DNA from: a virus
Lineage: Duplodnaviria > Caudoviricetes
Length of the DNA stretch: 30,836 nucleotides
Direction: 5' to 3' (one strand)
IMG/VR virus record: IMGVR_UViG_3300035135_000145
Span: 1 to 30,836 of that record
The position numbers and the translations under genes were made by a program. Positions 1 to 8,261 of the stretch are shown piece by piece (position 1 is the stretch's first letter; each line of letters begins with the position of its first letter). Below the pieces are notes generated by a model that saw nothing but the letters and a program-made list of their open reading frames with translations, was not told the DNA's origin and did no database searches.

Positions 1-1
1 G

Positions 2-919
2 AGTGCTGATAACTTCATCGATACCACCATCATAGAAAGTCTTACGGATGATATCTGCCCAGTCACACAGACGCTTGCAGAAGTCAGGAGCAACCACATT
101 CAGATCCTTTGCCACACCTTGCAGAATCTTTTGTTCAATTGTGGCGTTAGGATATTCCTGCTCAAAGGTAACAGGGAAACGCTCTAGGAACGCTTCATTG
201 AGAATATTGGTGCCAATGAAACGACCGTCATCAGAACCTTTGCCTTTGGTGTTGGCAGTAGCGATAACATTGAATCCAGTAGCAGGTTTTACAAACTTGC
301 CGATTTTCTTCAGGAAGACACCCTTACCCTCCAAGACAGACTGCAGACACAGGATCTTGTTAGATGCCAGGTCGATTTCGTCTAGAAGAAGTACAGCTCC
401 CCGTTCCAGAGCTTCGATGACTGGACCATTATGCCAAACAGTTTCGCCGTTAACAAGACGGAAACCACCAATAAGATCATCCTCGTCGGTTTCAATGGTG
501 ATATTTACACGGATCAACTCCCTATTTAGAGCAGCACATGCTTGCTCAACAGAGAAAGTCTTGCCGTTGCCAGAGAGACCAGTAATAAAGGCAGGATAGA
601 AGATACGGGACTGCAGAATCTTCTTGATGTCTGCAAAATTACCGAACTTGACGAAGGTATCGTCCTTAGTGGGAATCAGATTTTGTTTTACAACTTCAGT
701 CTCAGTAACAGAAACCTGCTGTTCAAACTGGTTCCGTGCCTCACTGATAGTCAGATCCCACTTGCCACGACCAGTTTTGTATGGTTCCAGGTGACGAGTG
801 ACAGTGGGATAAGAGATATCGTTAGCAGCACAGTAACCCTTGATATCAGAGGCAACGATCTTGGTGCCGAAGTTGTCGCGAAGAGAATCGAGAAGATTGG
901 AGGTTTTCACGCGAGACAT
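2..919 (-). CDS. cobS: CobS-like / MoxR-type AAA+ ATPase, 3' end truncated by the window edge
   Basis: Not in the ORF track. Manual translation from ATG at 919 gives MSRVKTSNLLDSLRDNFG..., Walker A GLSGNGKT, RVNITIETDEDDLIGG, Walker B VLLLDEID, sensor ATANTKG, Arg finger NEAFLERF. The frame is open to the window edge. Matches the cyanophage CobS family. Confidence 0.9.
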   Translation of the reverse strand, partial: MSRVKTSNLLDSLRDNFGTKIVASDIKGYCAANDISYPTVTRHLEPYKTGRGKWDLTISEARNQFEQQVSVTETEVVKQNLIPTKDDTFVKFGNFADIKKILQSRIFYPAFITGLSGNGKTFSVEQACAALNRELIRVNITIETDEDDLIGGFRLVNGETVWHNGPVIEALERGAVLLLDEIDLASNKILCLQSVLEGKGVFLKKIGKFVKPATGFNVIATANTKGKGSDDGRFIGTNILNEAFLERFPVTFEQEYPNATIEQKILQGVAKDLNVVAPDFCKRLCDWADIIRKTFYDGGIDEVIST

Positions 920-935
920 TGAATGGGTTTGATTG

Positions 936-1000
936 GTATGAACCTATTATAATGGCAAAACCGCCCCTAGAAGAGGCGGTTAGGACAGTCTTCAAACTGG
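936..1000 (-). promoter_or_regulatory. Composite promoter, copy 1 (upstream box + hairpin + TATAAT), upstream of cobS
   Basis: Minus strand reads CCAGTTTGAAGACTGTCC, then hairpin AACCGCC..GGCGGTT (959-981), then TTATAATAGGTTCATAC. -10 hexamer at 946-951. Same architecture as 3705-3770. Confidence 0.7.
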
Positions 1001-1510
1001 TTCGATGGTGATCTTCATTCCAGTTCCAGCAATGGAGTTGACCAAATCTGTGACGGTCATCTGCTTCTCCTGATACTGGGTTCCAAGTGACTGGGAGATG
1101 CTGTCTACAGCGGTTGCTGCAGCGTACACATTGATGGGGGGAGTAGCGGGAACGCTAACGGTACGCTTTGCCTTACGACGCTGCCTACGAACGGACTTAC
1201 TCATGATACCAGGGAAGGAAGTAGCAAAGGTTCCTTGCCACAACCGCTCTGTCTTCTTGCAGACTTCACGACTGAGAGTCTCCCGCATAAACTCCACAAC
1301 ATCCTTCTTAGAACGGGTGTGGTAGGGTTTGATCAGGTCAGAGTGCTGCTCGCAGAACATGTCCAGACCGAACATCTGGGTCCACTGGGCAGGGGGCAGC
1401 AGGGTTTCGCTGATGCGAGCGTTGCGTTGGATAGCCTCAAGGTTCTGGGGCACCCACATGGCATAGGCATCGAGAGTGGAATAGATGAAGTCGGTACGGG
1501 TGTTGATCAT
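992..1510 (-). CDS. Hypothetical protein, 172 aa, with basic patch RRQRRKAKR
   Basis: Fills the gap between the vWA gene and cobS and has its own consensus promoter. No family recognised. Confidence 0.75.
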   Translation of the reverse strand: MINTRTDFIYSTLDAYAMWVPQNLEAIQRNARISETLLPPAQWTQMFGLDMFCEQHSDLIKPYHTRSKKDVVEFMRETLSREVCKKTERLWQGTFATSFPGIMSKSVRRQRRKAKRTVSVPATPPINVYAAATAVDSISQSLGTQYQEKQMTVTDLVNSIAGTGMKITIEPV

Positions 1511-1531
1511 AAGAATTTTTTAACTGCTAGG

Positions 1532-1560
1532 ATTATATATGGTTTGGAATTGTTTGTCAA
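1532..1560 (-). promoter_or_regulatory. Perfect-consensus sigma70 promoter TTGACA-N17-TATAAT for the 172-aa ORF
   Basis: Minus strand ttgaca aacaattccaaaccata tataat. The -35 overlaps the TGA stop of the vWA gene. Confidence 0.8.
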
Positions 1561-3692
1561 GCAATCAACTCTACGAATTCGGAAAGAACCTTTTTATTCA
1601 TCTTTTTAGTAGACAAAGATTTTTTAAATGCATTACGAATCTGAGTCTTAGTAGCAGAGTCATCAACATCAAAAGAAACTTCTTTCGAGAGGTCAGAACC
1701 AGACAGGCCAAAGTATTTCGCGTATCCAGTGTCTGTCAGAGTGAAGGAACGATTCTTACGCCACTCTCTAGTAATCCTTTCCCACTCAGTATTTTTAGCA
1801 TACCGACGGATGAATCCACCAGAATCACGCGATTCAAGAACCCTGAACCCAATGAGATTAACATCAGGGAATGTCTGAGAAAGATCTTCCAGCAAGACCT
1901 TAGTAAAGGTCTTGAAGTCTTCTTCGATTGCAGCACAGACTCCAGTCTTACGATTACGCAGGAAAGATCCATAGGATACCCGACCATGACCCATGTAGGG
2001 TTCGTGTTCGGGAGACCGCTGAACAAGCCTGTTACGGCAAATAGGAGCTGCCTCACCATCAGTAAAGATGATGCACTGGACCTTCTGTGCCCCAGTCATC
2101 TTTTTAAATGCAGGGATAATCTGGTGGAGACACACGATCGCTTCGTTCAGAGGAGTTCCTGAGAGAGTCATTCTATTAGGAACAACATACTCATTTCCAG
2201 TCCGCCAGGAGCTGAAGTAACTTCCGAGTCTGAAGAAGTTACGCATATCAGTATCCAGTTGATTAGACCTGCTGCTCAGCAGATTCATCAGACCAAAGTC
2301 GTCAGTGACATGCAGTTCATTTTCAATACGCTCACATTTCTCAGGACGGATTCCTGCCTCTGGATCACGCACAAACCACTCATTAGTAAATGCATAGACT
2401 TCAAAAGGAATACCAACTTTCTTACAGAACCAGGCAAGATTCATGATCTGCTTCACGCTGTCCAGGAGAACACGCTCCATAGAACCAGACCAGTCTAGAA
2501 CAAAGACCAGACCATGATTCTTACCATCGGGAAGAACAGTCACCTTTTTGAACAGATCTTCATTGAATCTATAAGTGTGTAGCTTAGTTGTATCGAGAAC
2601 TCCAGTCCTACTAGTAGAAGCACGAGCATAAGCGTCTGCAGATTTACGGCACTCGAATTCTTTGACAAGGTAGTTTACCTCCTTATTTGCAGATTTTTTG
2701 AACTCTCTATACTTGCTATCGACCGTCTCAAAGATATCGATCTCTGGCAAGTTATAGGTCTTACGATCATCATTACGATAACGCTGATGAAGCTCCCAAT
2801 AATCTGTCAGACATTCACGAATTTCGGAGACATCAGCGATAACTTTATCAAGTTCTACTTTAGGAACCTGAACATAAACACTCTCACCACTATACATGTC
2901 CACAAGGTCTTTCAGTTTCTCCTCCAGAGCATCCATGGTCTGAGTATCAAACTCATCTCCACCAGGTCCCTCAACGGATTCTACACGCTCCTCAGTGGTA
3001 TTGGTCACCTCAGGGTCACCAGTGCCCTCCTCATCGCCCTCTGTAGTGTTGGGGACAGTGGAAATTGCTCCTCCACTTTCAGAACCACCTTCTTGCTCCT
3101 GAGCAGAAGGAGGGGGTGGCACATCTTTCACTTTCTCCTGCTGCTTTTTCTCACAGAATTCTTTCAGTTCTGTAGAAAGATCCAGGACTTCATCAAAAGT
3201 TTCTGCCTTTGAGATTTTATCAAGGATTACCTTCTCAGCAGGACTGAACTGGATGTTCAGGAAGGCACCAATCTTGAAGTACAAGTTGATACGATCAGGA
3301 AAACTGTAGGTGGACAGATCGTCTTCACCGATGCAGAAAAAATCATCCTCATTGAGATTGTTGTATCCGCGATAGAAAGTCTTAGAAAGACCTGCGTACT
3401 TACGCTTCATCAGTTTCTCAATACGAACATCCTCAATGATGTTCACGAACTGGTGAGGAGTAGAGCGATACTTATCTTCTGCAATCCAGTTGCGATTGGG
3501 AGTATACAGAGCGTGTCCAACCTCATGGGAGACCAGAAGGTCATAGACATAGTTAGAATCAACACGCCAGCTAGGCAGCACCAGGACACGGGTATCGACA
3601 TTGAAGGATGCAGTCTCTACCTTCTTGTGCTCAACGATAAGGTTCTCGGTGGCAAGCAGTCGGGCGAGTTTGCCCTTAATGTCGTGCAGCAT
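1557..3692 (-). CDS. Zincin-like metallopeptidase / vWA domain protein (CobT-like partner of the AAA ATPase)
   Basis: N-terminal HEVGH (HExxH) followed by NIIEDVRIE, an acidic linker, then vWA MIDAS motifs VLDWSGSM, SGTPL and FTDGE. Lies upstream of cobS as in cyanomyoviruses. Confidence 0.85.
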   Translation of the reverse strand: MLHDIKGKLARLLATENLIVEHKKVETASFNVDTRVLVLPSWRVDSNYVYDLLVSHEVGHALYTPNRNWIAEDKYRSTPHQFVNIIEDVRIEKLMKRKYAGLSKTFYRGYNNLNEDDFFCIGEDDLSTYSFPDRINLYFKIGAFLNIQFSPAEKVILDKISKAETFDEVLDLSTELKEFCEKKQQEKVKDVPPPPSAQEQEGGSESGGAISTVPNTTEGDEEGTGDPEVTNTTEERVESVEGPGGDEFDTQTMDALEEKLKDLVDMYSGESVYVQVPKVELDKVIADVSEIRECLTDYWELHQRYRNDDRKTYNLPEIDIFETVDSKYREFKKSANKEVNYLVKEFECRKSADAYARASTSRTGVLDTTKLHTYRFNEDLFKKVTVLPDGKNHGLVFVLDWSGSMERVLLDSVKQIMNLAWFCKKVGIPFEVYAFTNEWFVRDPEAGIRPEKCERIENELHVTDDFGLMNLLSSRSNQLDTDMRNFFRLGSYFSSWRTGNEYVVPNRMTLSGTPLNEAIVCLHQIIPAFKKMTGAQKVQCIIFTDGEAAPICRNRLVQRSPEHEPYMGHGRVSYGSFLRNRKTGVCAAIEEDFKTFTKVLLEDLSQTFPDVNLIGFRVLESRDSGGFIRRYAKNTEWERITREWRKNRSFTLTDTGYAKYFGLSGSDLSKEVSFDVDDSATKTQIRNAFKKSLSTKKMNKKVLSEFVELIA

Positions 3693-3861
3693 GGATCTCG
3701 TCTCGTATGCACCTATTATAAAACCCCCGACGCTGGTCGGAGGTCTGCATGTGCCGCTTTTTAAACTGTCTTAGCCGTGCCTTTGCCTGGCGAAGAGCTT
3801 GTGGTTTAAGTTTGCGTTTCTGTTCTTTTTTACTGTGGTGTTGCCAGTTTGGGGTGTTCAT
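3676..3861 (-). CDS. Small basic cyanophage protein (PNWQHHSKKEQKR motif)
   Basis: ATGA overlap with the gp46 stop. The sequence resembles the small ORF usually found after g46 in cyanomyoviruses. Confidence 0.65.
   Translation of the reverse strand: MNTPNWQHHSKKEQKRKLKPQALRQAKARLRQFKKRHMQTSDQRRGFYNRCIRDEIHAARH
3705..3770 (-). promoter_or_regulatory. Composite promoter, copy 2, upstream of the vWA/peptidase gene
   Basis: Minus strand GACAGTTTAAAAAGCGGCAC, then hairpin ACCTCCGAC-CAGC-GTCGGGGGT, then TTATAATAGGTGCATAC. -10 at 3715-3720. Confidence 0.7.
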
Positions 3862-5588
3862 GACTCCACTCCACTCTTCTGGGATTTAAAGGAGAACCCT
3901 CCTTTCTTTGTAAATTCTATGACGGTGTTGAACTTATCCAACATGTCTTGTTTGTGAGAGATGACAAATACATTCGCATCTTTTATAACAAAACGAATGA
4001 TCTTCAAGAATTCGTCTGTACCAAACCCATCGAGAGAACTGTCGAAGACTTCATCCATGATAAGAAGGTTCGTATTCGCTGAGTTTTTGAACCTGGCAAC
4101 CTCTCTCCATGTGAAGAGAAGCGCCAGGTCGATTCTCATTTTTTCGCCCTCCGAAAAAGATGAATAGGAGAACTTATCGTGGATTGGACTTTGTACCGTT
4201 TCGTTAAACTCTTCGTCTAGATGGAAGTTGATGTAGAAATCCATCATCTGTAAGTAACGGTTTACTTGCTGATTGATCAGAGGGAGATATTTTTTTACGA
4301 TCTTGGCTTTAACTCCACCATCCTTGAGGAGTGAGTATGCGAAGTCGTTGTAGTTTATCTCTTCTTTTTGTTTAGCAAGGTTGTCGAATACAGTCTGAAG
4401 TTCTTCCCTGTACTGTTCTAATTTCTCGTGTTCAGAATTTCTGTTTTGTAACTGACTGGTAAGAGTTTGAATTTCATGTTGTAGATCTCTTGACTGTCTC
4501 TGTAGCCCAGAAATTCTTGTATTGTTTTGAGAAATGCCATGTGTGAGGTCAGTAATCTCCTTACTAAGGGTTTTGTAGAGACGCTCTCTTGTTTCTTCTT
4601 CTACTATCGACTCCTCCAGTTGCTTAAAACCTTCGTTGAGTTCCTTTGCTTTAGATTGAGCGTCACTAATTTTATTTAGTCTGAAGGTCTCTTCAATGGA
4701 CTGTGTACAGGTTGGGCAAACCGTATTTTCTGTAAAGAACTTATGCTCCTTTGTAATAGCAGATACTTTCTGAGAAATCTTACCTTTTAAATTTCCGAGC
4801 TTTCTAAGTTTCTCAGTAGCACCAGATACTTTCTCTAAGTCGTCAGTCAATGTTTTCATTTTCACATCAAGATCATCGTTACTCTTCATTAGAGAATCAA
4901 TCTCGATAGAAATGTTATCGATCTTACCTTCTTTCTCCTTAATATTATCCTTACCCCTAGTCTCAATATCTAAGATAAATTCTTCCTGCATCTTAACTTT
5001 ATCCTTAGATGCAGATTTCTTATACTCAAGAGACTTTACTGCCTCCTTATGCCTACGAATTTGCTCCTTAATGAGGTTGTTCATAGCAGAGAAGATACGA
5101 ATGTCCAGAAGGTCCTCAATGACCTCTCTACGGTTCGCCTGGGTCAACTGCATGAACGGTACAAAGTTGCTGCTACCCAAGATAACAATCTGAGTAAAAG
5201 ACTTGTAGTTCAACTTAAGAATATTGTCTTCTAGAATCTTTTGATTAGCACGGTCATCTGCTTCCTTGTTTAGCACTGTACCGTTGACTTCGATGTCGAA
5301 TACATTGGGTTTAATCCCACGACGAACGACACAATCTTTATGCCCGACAGAGAACTCAATCTCTACCAGGCATCCTTTCTCGTTAACAGTGTTAACTAGT
5401 TGCGGTTTATTGATCTTTCGATATGGTTTATTGAATAGTACAAAACACAGAGCATCCAGAACAGTGGATTTACCAGCTCCATTAGTACCCACAATGAGAG
5501 TAGTGCCATGAGAATTTAGATCCATTTCCGTCCAATGGTCACCAGTGGACAAGAAGTTTTTCCACTTAATCTTCTTGAATAGAATCAT
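3858..5588 (-). CDS. gp46: Recombination endonuclease ATPase subunit gp46 (Rad50/SbcC-like)
   Basis: Walker A GTNGAGKS, zinc hook CPTC, coiled coil, signature FSEGEK, Walker B IMDEVFD. Confidence 0.97.
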   Translation of the reverse strand: MILFKKIKWKNFLSTGDHWTEMDLNSHGTTLIVGTNGAGKSTVLDALCFVLFNKPYRKINKPQLVNTVNEKGCLVEIEFSVGHKDCVVRRGIKPNVFDIEVNGTVLNKEADDRANQKILEDNILKLNYKSFTQIVILGSSNFVPFMQLTQANRREVIEDLLDIRIFSAMNNLIKEQIRRHKEAVKSLEYKKSASKDKVKMQEEFILDIETRGKDNIKEKEGKIDNISIEIDSLMKSNDDLDVKMKTLTDDLEKVSGATEKLRKLGNLKGKISQKVSAITKEHKFFTENTVCPTCTQSIEETFRLNKISDAQSKAKELNEGFKQLEESIVEEETRERLYKTLSKEITDLTHGISQNNTRISGLQRQSRDLQHEIQTLTSQLQNRNSEHEKLEQYREELQTVFDNLAKQKEEINYNDFAYSLLKDGGVKAKIVKKYLPLINQQVNRYLQMMDFYINFHLDEEFNETVQSPIHDKFSYSSFSEGEKMRIDLALLFTWREVARFKNSANTNLLIMDEVFDSSLDGFGTDEFLKIIRFVIKDANVFVISHKQDMLDKFNTVIEFTKKGGFSFKSQKSGVES

Positions 5589-5844
5589 TCTCTTGTTCAG
5601 GGGGGATCACAATGTCATTCGCAGTAATGACAGTATACTTGTAATTATACACCTCACACGCCTTTATGGCAACATCCTCATCTACCTCAACCACTTCCAT
5701 CTCTACGCCTTCATTATCTTCTAGTTGCATAGCATAACGCTCAGCGTCATCTTCCTGCTCAAAAAGAAAGAGAACTCTATCACCAGTAAAATCTTTTACA
5801 GCGTATGCACCCTCACGCTTGCCCTCCTCTGTGAGCAAATACAT
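5566..5844 (-). CDS. Conserved hypothetical protein, DUF3110-like
   Basis: LFLFEQEDDAERYAMQLE...IPPE resembles the cyanobacterial DUF3110 family. Sits between g47 and g46. Confidence 0.75.
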   Translation of the reverse strand: MYLLTEEGKREGAYAVKDFTGDRVLFLFEQEDDAERYAMQLEDNEGVEMEVVEVDEDVAIKACEVYNYKYTVITANDIVIPPEQENDSIQED

Positions 5845-6896
5845 TATTCAACCTCACATGCCTGGCGATATAGAGTTTCCATGATACATTTAATTTTCGA
5901 CTTGTCTAGTTCGACATCGGACTCCTCTATGTATCTGTGCAAGATACCAATAGTATTTTCTTCTTCCTCTGCCTCAAAATCTTCGGAGTGTACCCATCCC
6001 TGATTATAGTCAAAGTTCTCAATGACTTTTAACTCTTCTACACCAGAAGTATTAAGTTTGTCGATGAAGCGTTCAAAATCTTTTGGTTTTGATTTTTTAC
6101 GAACAATAACCTTAACAATCTTTCCACAATACTCAGTAGCATCAAAAAGTTGATACGGAGTATCCTCGTAATAGATGTTGTAGAACATCCTGTAAGGATT
6201 ATTAATTGGAGTAAGTTCGTAAGTATCTGTATCAAAGATATGGAAACCTCTAGGATCTTCTACATCATTCCAATACATTTCATATGGATTACCCAGATAG
6301 AAGATCTTTCCATCATTAGATCTTGTATGATAGTGCCCAGAGAATACTCTATCAAATTTCTGGAAGACATCAGGTTCATGTCCTCTATCCTGAGTAAATC
6401 CTCTATAAGCAGCAAACCCATTGAGTTCTAGGTGACCGACAGCAACCTTTGCTTTAGATGATTTAATTTTCTTCAGGATTTTATTCTCGTTCTCTGAGTT
6501 AATCCAACCCATGAACAAGAACTTTGTCTTATCTATCGTATACTCGGCACAATCTTGGATAAGAGTAATATTACTATACTCTCGTAATAGAAGGTCAACT
6601 GTATTAATGCTATTATTGTTTTTGTAATAGGCAGTGTGATTACCCACAACGGTAAACACATTAATACCCAGATCTCTGAGATTATCGTAGTAATTCTTTT
6701 TAGCCCACTCCAAAGACCAAAGATCAATCGAGCGACGATTGTCGAAAGTGTCGCCCATGTCGATGACCGTGGTGATGCCTTCCCTCTGTAAGGTTGGGAA
6801 AAATACTGTTTCATAGAATTTCTTAAAGTATTCGTGAAACAATTTGCTACCCTTCCGACACCCAAAGTGTTGGTCGGTAATGATCGCTACCTTCAT
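5844..6896 (-). CDS. gp47: Recombination endonuclease nuclease subunit gp47 (Mre11/SbcD-like)
   Basis: Metallophosphoesterase motifs TDQHFG, GDTFD, GNH, GHLE, SGHYH. Confidence 0.97.
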   Translation of the reverse strand: MKVAIITDQHFGCRKGSKLFHEYFKKFYETVFFPTLQREGITTVIDMGDTFDNRRSIDLWSLEWAKKNYYDNLRDLGINVFTVVGNHTAYYKNNNSINTVDLLLREYSNITLIQDCAEYTIDKTKFLFMGWINSENENKILKKIKSSKAKVAVGHLELNGFAAYRGFTQDRGHEPDVFQKFDRVFSGHYHTRSNDGKIFYLGNPYEMYWNDVEDPRGFHIFDTDTYELTPINNPYRMFYNIYYEDTPYQLFDATEYCGKIVKVIVRKKSKPKDFERFIDKLNTSGVEELKVIENFDYNQGWVHSEDFEAEEEENTIGILHRYIEESDVELDKSKIKCIMETLYRQACEVE

Positions 6897-7039
6897 TTGT
6901 TCTCTAGACTTTTATTAATGATAATAATTTTTTCACCGTCATGAGTAAATTGCAACTCATCATCTGGGTGCCACATTAACTCTTCGTACATGTCGTCGAG
7001 TTTTTGCATGTCTTCAAATAAGGCGTTAGGGTTCGGCAT
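6893..7039 (-). CDS. Small hypothetical protein, 48 aa (not in ORF track)
   Basis: Manual translation MPNPNALFEDMQKLDDMYEELMWHPDDELQFTHDGEKIIIINKSLENK*. ATGA overlap with the gp47 start; fills the gap. Confidence 0.7.
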   Translation of the reverse strand: MPNPNALFEDMQKLDDMYEELMWHPDDELQFTHDGEKIIIINKSLENK

Positions 7040-7238
7040 GATGCGCTTTTAGATTAGGGTCAGGGTTGCTTTCTTCTCTAGGAGTTTTCCTTTTTACGAC
7101 AATAAACTTGTCCGCTGCAAAGGTTCCTGCAATTTGAATTTCAATCTCGTCACCATCATTCCAAATTTCTTCACCATTCTTTTTCTTCATTGCTAGAGCA
7201 CACTCTAGTTCTGCAATAATCTCGTCAGTAATTTTCAT
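7026..7238 (-). CDS. Hypothetical protein, 70 aa
   Basis: Overlaps the gp55 stop and fills the operon. Confidence 0.7.
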   Translation of the reverse strand: MKITDEIIAELECALAMKKKNGEEIWNDGDEIEIQIAGTFAADKFIVVKRKTPREESNPDPNLKAHHAEP

Positions 7239-7708
7239 CGACTAGACCTGTATTGAATGTTATCTTTAATAGAGTTGTAATCAGAAGCACTACCAGAGGC
7301 ACCCTCTTCTACAACCATCACTTGATCATATCCAGTTCTCTCAATAATCTTAGTCTTAATTTCTAACTGCTTCTTCTCCTTTTGAATACGACGCAGGAAG
7401 GCATAGTAAATAATCTGAGTAAAATAAGCAAACGGGTTGTTAGATTTCTCAGGGTCAAAGTTATGTATATACTGAACGCAGTTCTCAATTCCGTCTCCGA
7501 TCATATCTTCCCTGAACATGTAGTTCACGAAGTTCGGTTTATATGAAAGGTGTGTTGCAATCTTCAGAAAACACTCTCCAAGGTAATTGCCAATCGGTGG
7601 AGGTGGAAGATCTTTTTCCTTCGCAACAGCACACTTCTTCCGATAGACGACCATTGCCTCCAGAAGTTCTTTATTATTAACATAATGATCAGATCTCTTC
7701 CTAGGCAT
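7235..7708 (-). CDS. gp55: Late transcription sigma factor gp55
   Basis: HYVNNKELL, FLKIATHLSYKPNF, EDMIGDGIENC, NFDPEKSNNPFAYFTQIIYYAFLRRI. Confidence 0.97.
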   Translation of the reverse strand: MPRKRSDHYVNNKELLEAMVVYRKKCAVAKEKDLPPPPIGNYLGECFLKIATHLSYKPNFVNYMFREDMIGDGIENCVQYIHNFDPEKSNNPFAYFTQIIYYAFLRRIQKEKKQLEIKTKIIERTGYDQVMVVEEGASGSASDYNSIKDNIQYRSSR

Positions 7709-7731
7709 AGGTCATCTGTATAACTGTTTGT

Positions 7732-7760
7732 ATTATAACATATTCGTAAAAATCTGTCAG
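7732..7760 (-). promoter_or_regulatory. Sigma70-type promoter for g55 (CTGACA-N17-TATAAT, TG-extended -10)
   Basis: Minus strand ctgaca gatttttacgaatatgt tataat, about 24 nt upstream of the g55 ATG. Confidence 0.75.
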
Positions 7761-7764
7761 GAGC

Positions 7765-7793
7765 TTGACAGACTATCGAAATATGTGTACAAT
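7765..7793 (+). promoter_or_regulatory. Divergent sigma70-type promoter (TTGACA-N17-TACAAT) pointing antisense into the upstream operon
   Basis: Plus strand ttgaca gactatcgaaatatgtg tacaat. No plus-strand ORF appears downstream in the track. Confidence 0.65.
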
Positions 7794-7832
7794 AACCTTG
7801 TCGAGGTTCAAAAGAAACATAGCTTTTAAGCT

Positions 7833-8261
7833 TTAAGCATGTGTAGCGATTCCAGACACATGATCAGCTGTAGTATTATAGATCTTCTCTAGGTTCGATC
7901 TTGCGTCTTTTACGCTACCTAGAGATCCCATCTCTTTGCTTACTCTAACCTTGCGCTCTCCATCGACATAGAATGCTCTTTGGAGATTGTAGTGTTGATA
8001 TGCTTCAACCATCTCATGATTTTCTGGCAGTTCGGTCATTGTAATGACCTTATCAGGTTTAATGATAAAGATATCATCATCTGGAACTGACATCCAGGGC
8101 ACTAGTTTCATATAACCAGAAGAACCTCTGGTCATGGTCTCAACTTTTAGCGGCGTTTGCATCACGATCACAGGATCTGTGTCGTTGTCATCAATCATTA
8201 TTTCTGAGATGACCTCTTCGCCTGATACTAACTTTAGGCAGCAGTAGAACTCTTCATTCAT
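7833..8261 (-). CDS. Conserved T4-like cyanophage protein downstream of uvsW (possible Sm-like beta fold)
   Basis: KLVSGEEVI...PWM motif. Usual position between uvsW and g55. Confidence 0.8.
   Translation of the reverse strand: MNEEFYCCLKLVSGEEVISEIMIDDNDTDPVIVMQTPLKVETMTRGSSGYMKLVPWMSVPDDDIFIIKPDKVITMTELPENHEMVEAYQHYNLQRAFYVDGERKVRVSKEMGSLGSVKDARSNLEKIYNTTADHVSGIATHA

Noticed and set aside
48-922. Plus-strand ORFs of 183 and 126 aa
   Set aside because: Shadows of the minus-strand cobS gene, which the track missed because it has no stop within the window.
2-3692. Cobalamin biosynthesis operon
   Set aside because: Only AAA and vWA components are present, with no cobN or other cob genes in the window, and the vWA protein carries an HExxH domain.
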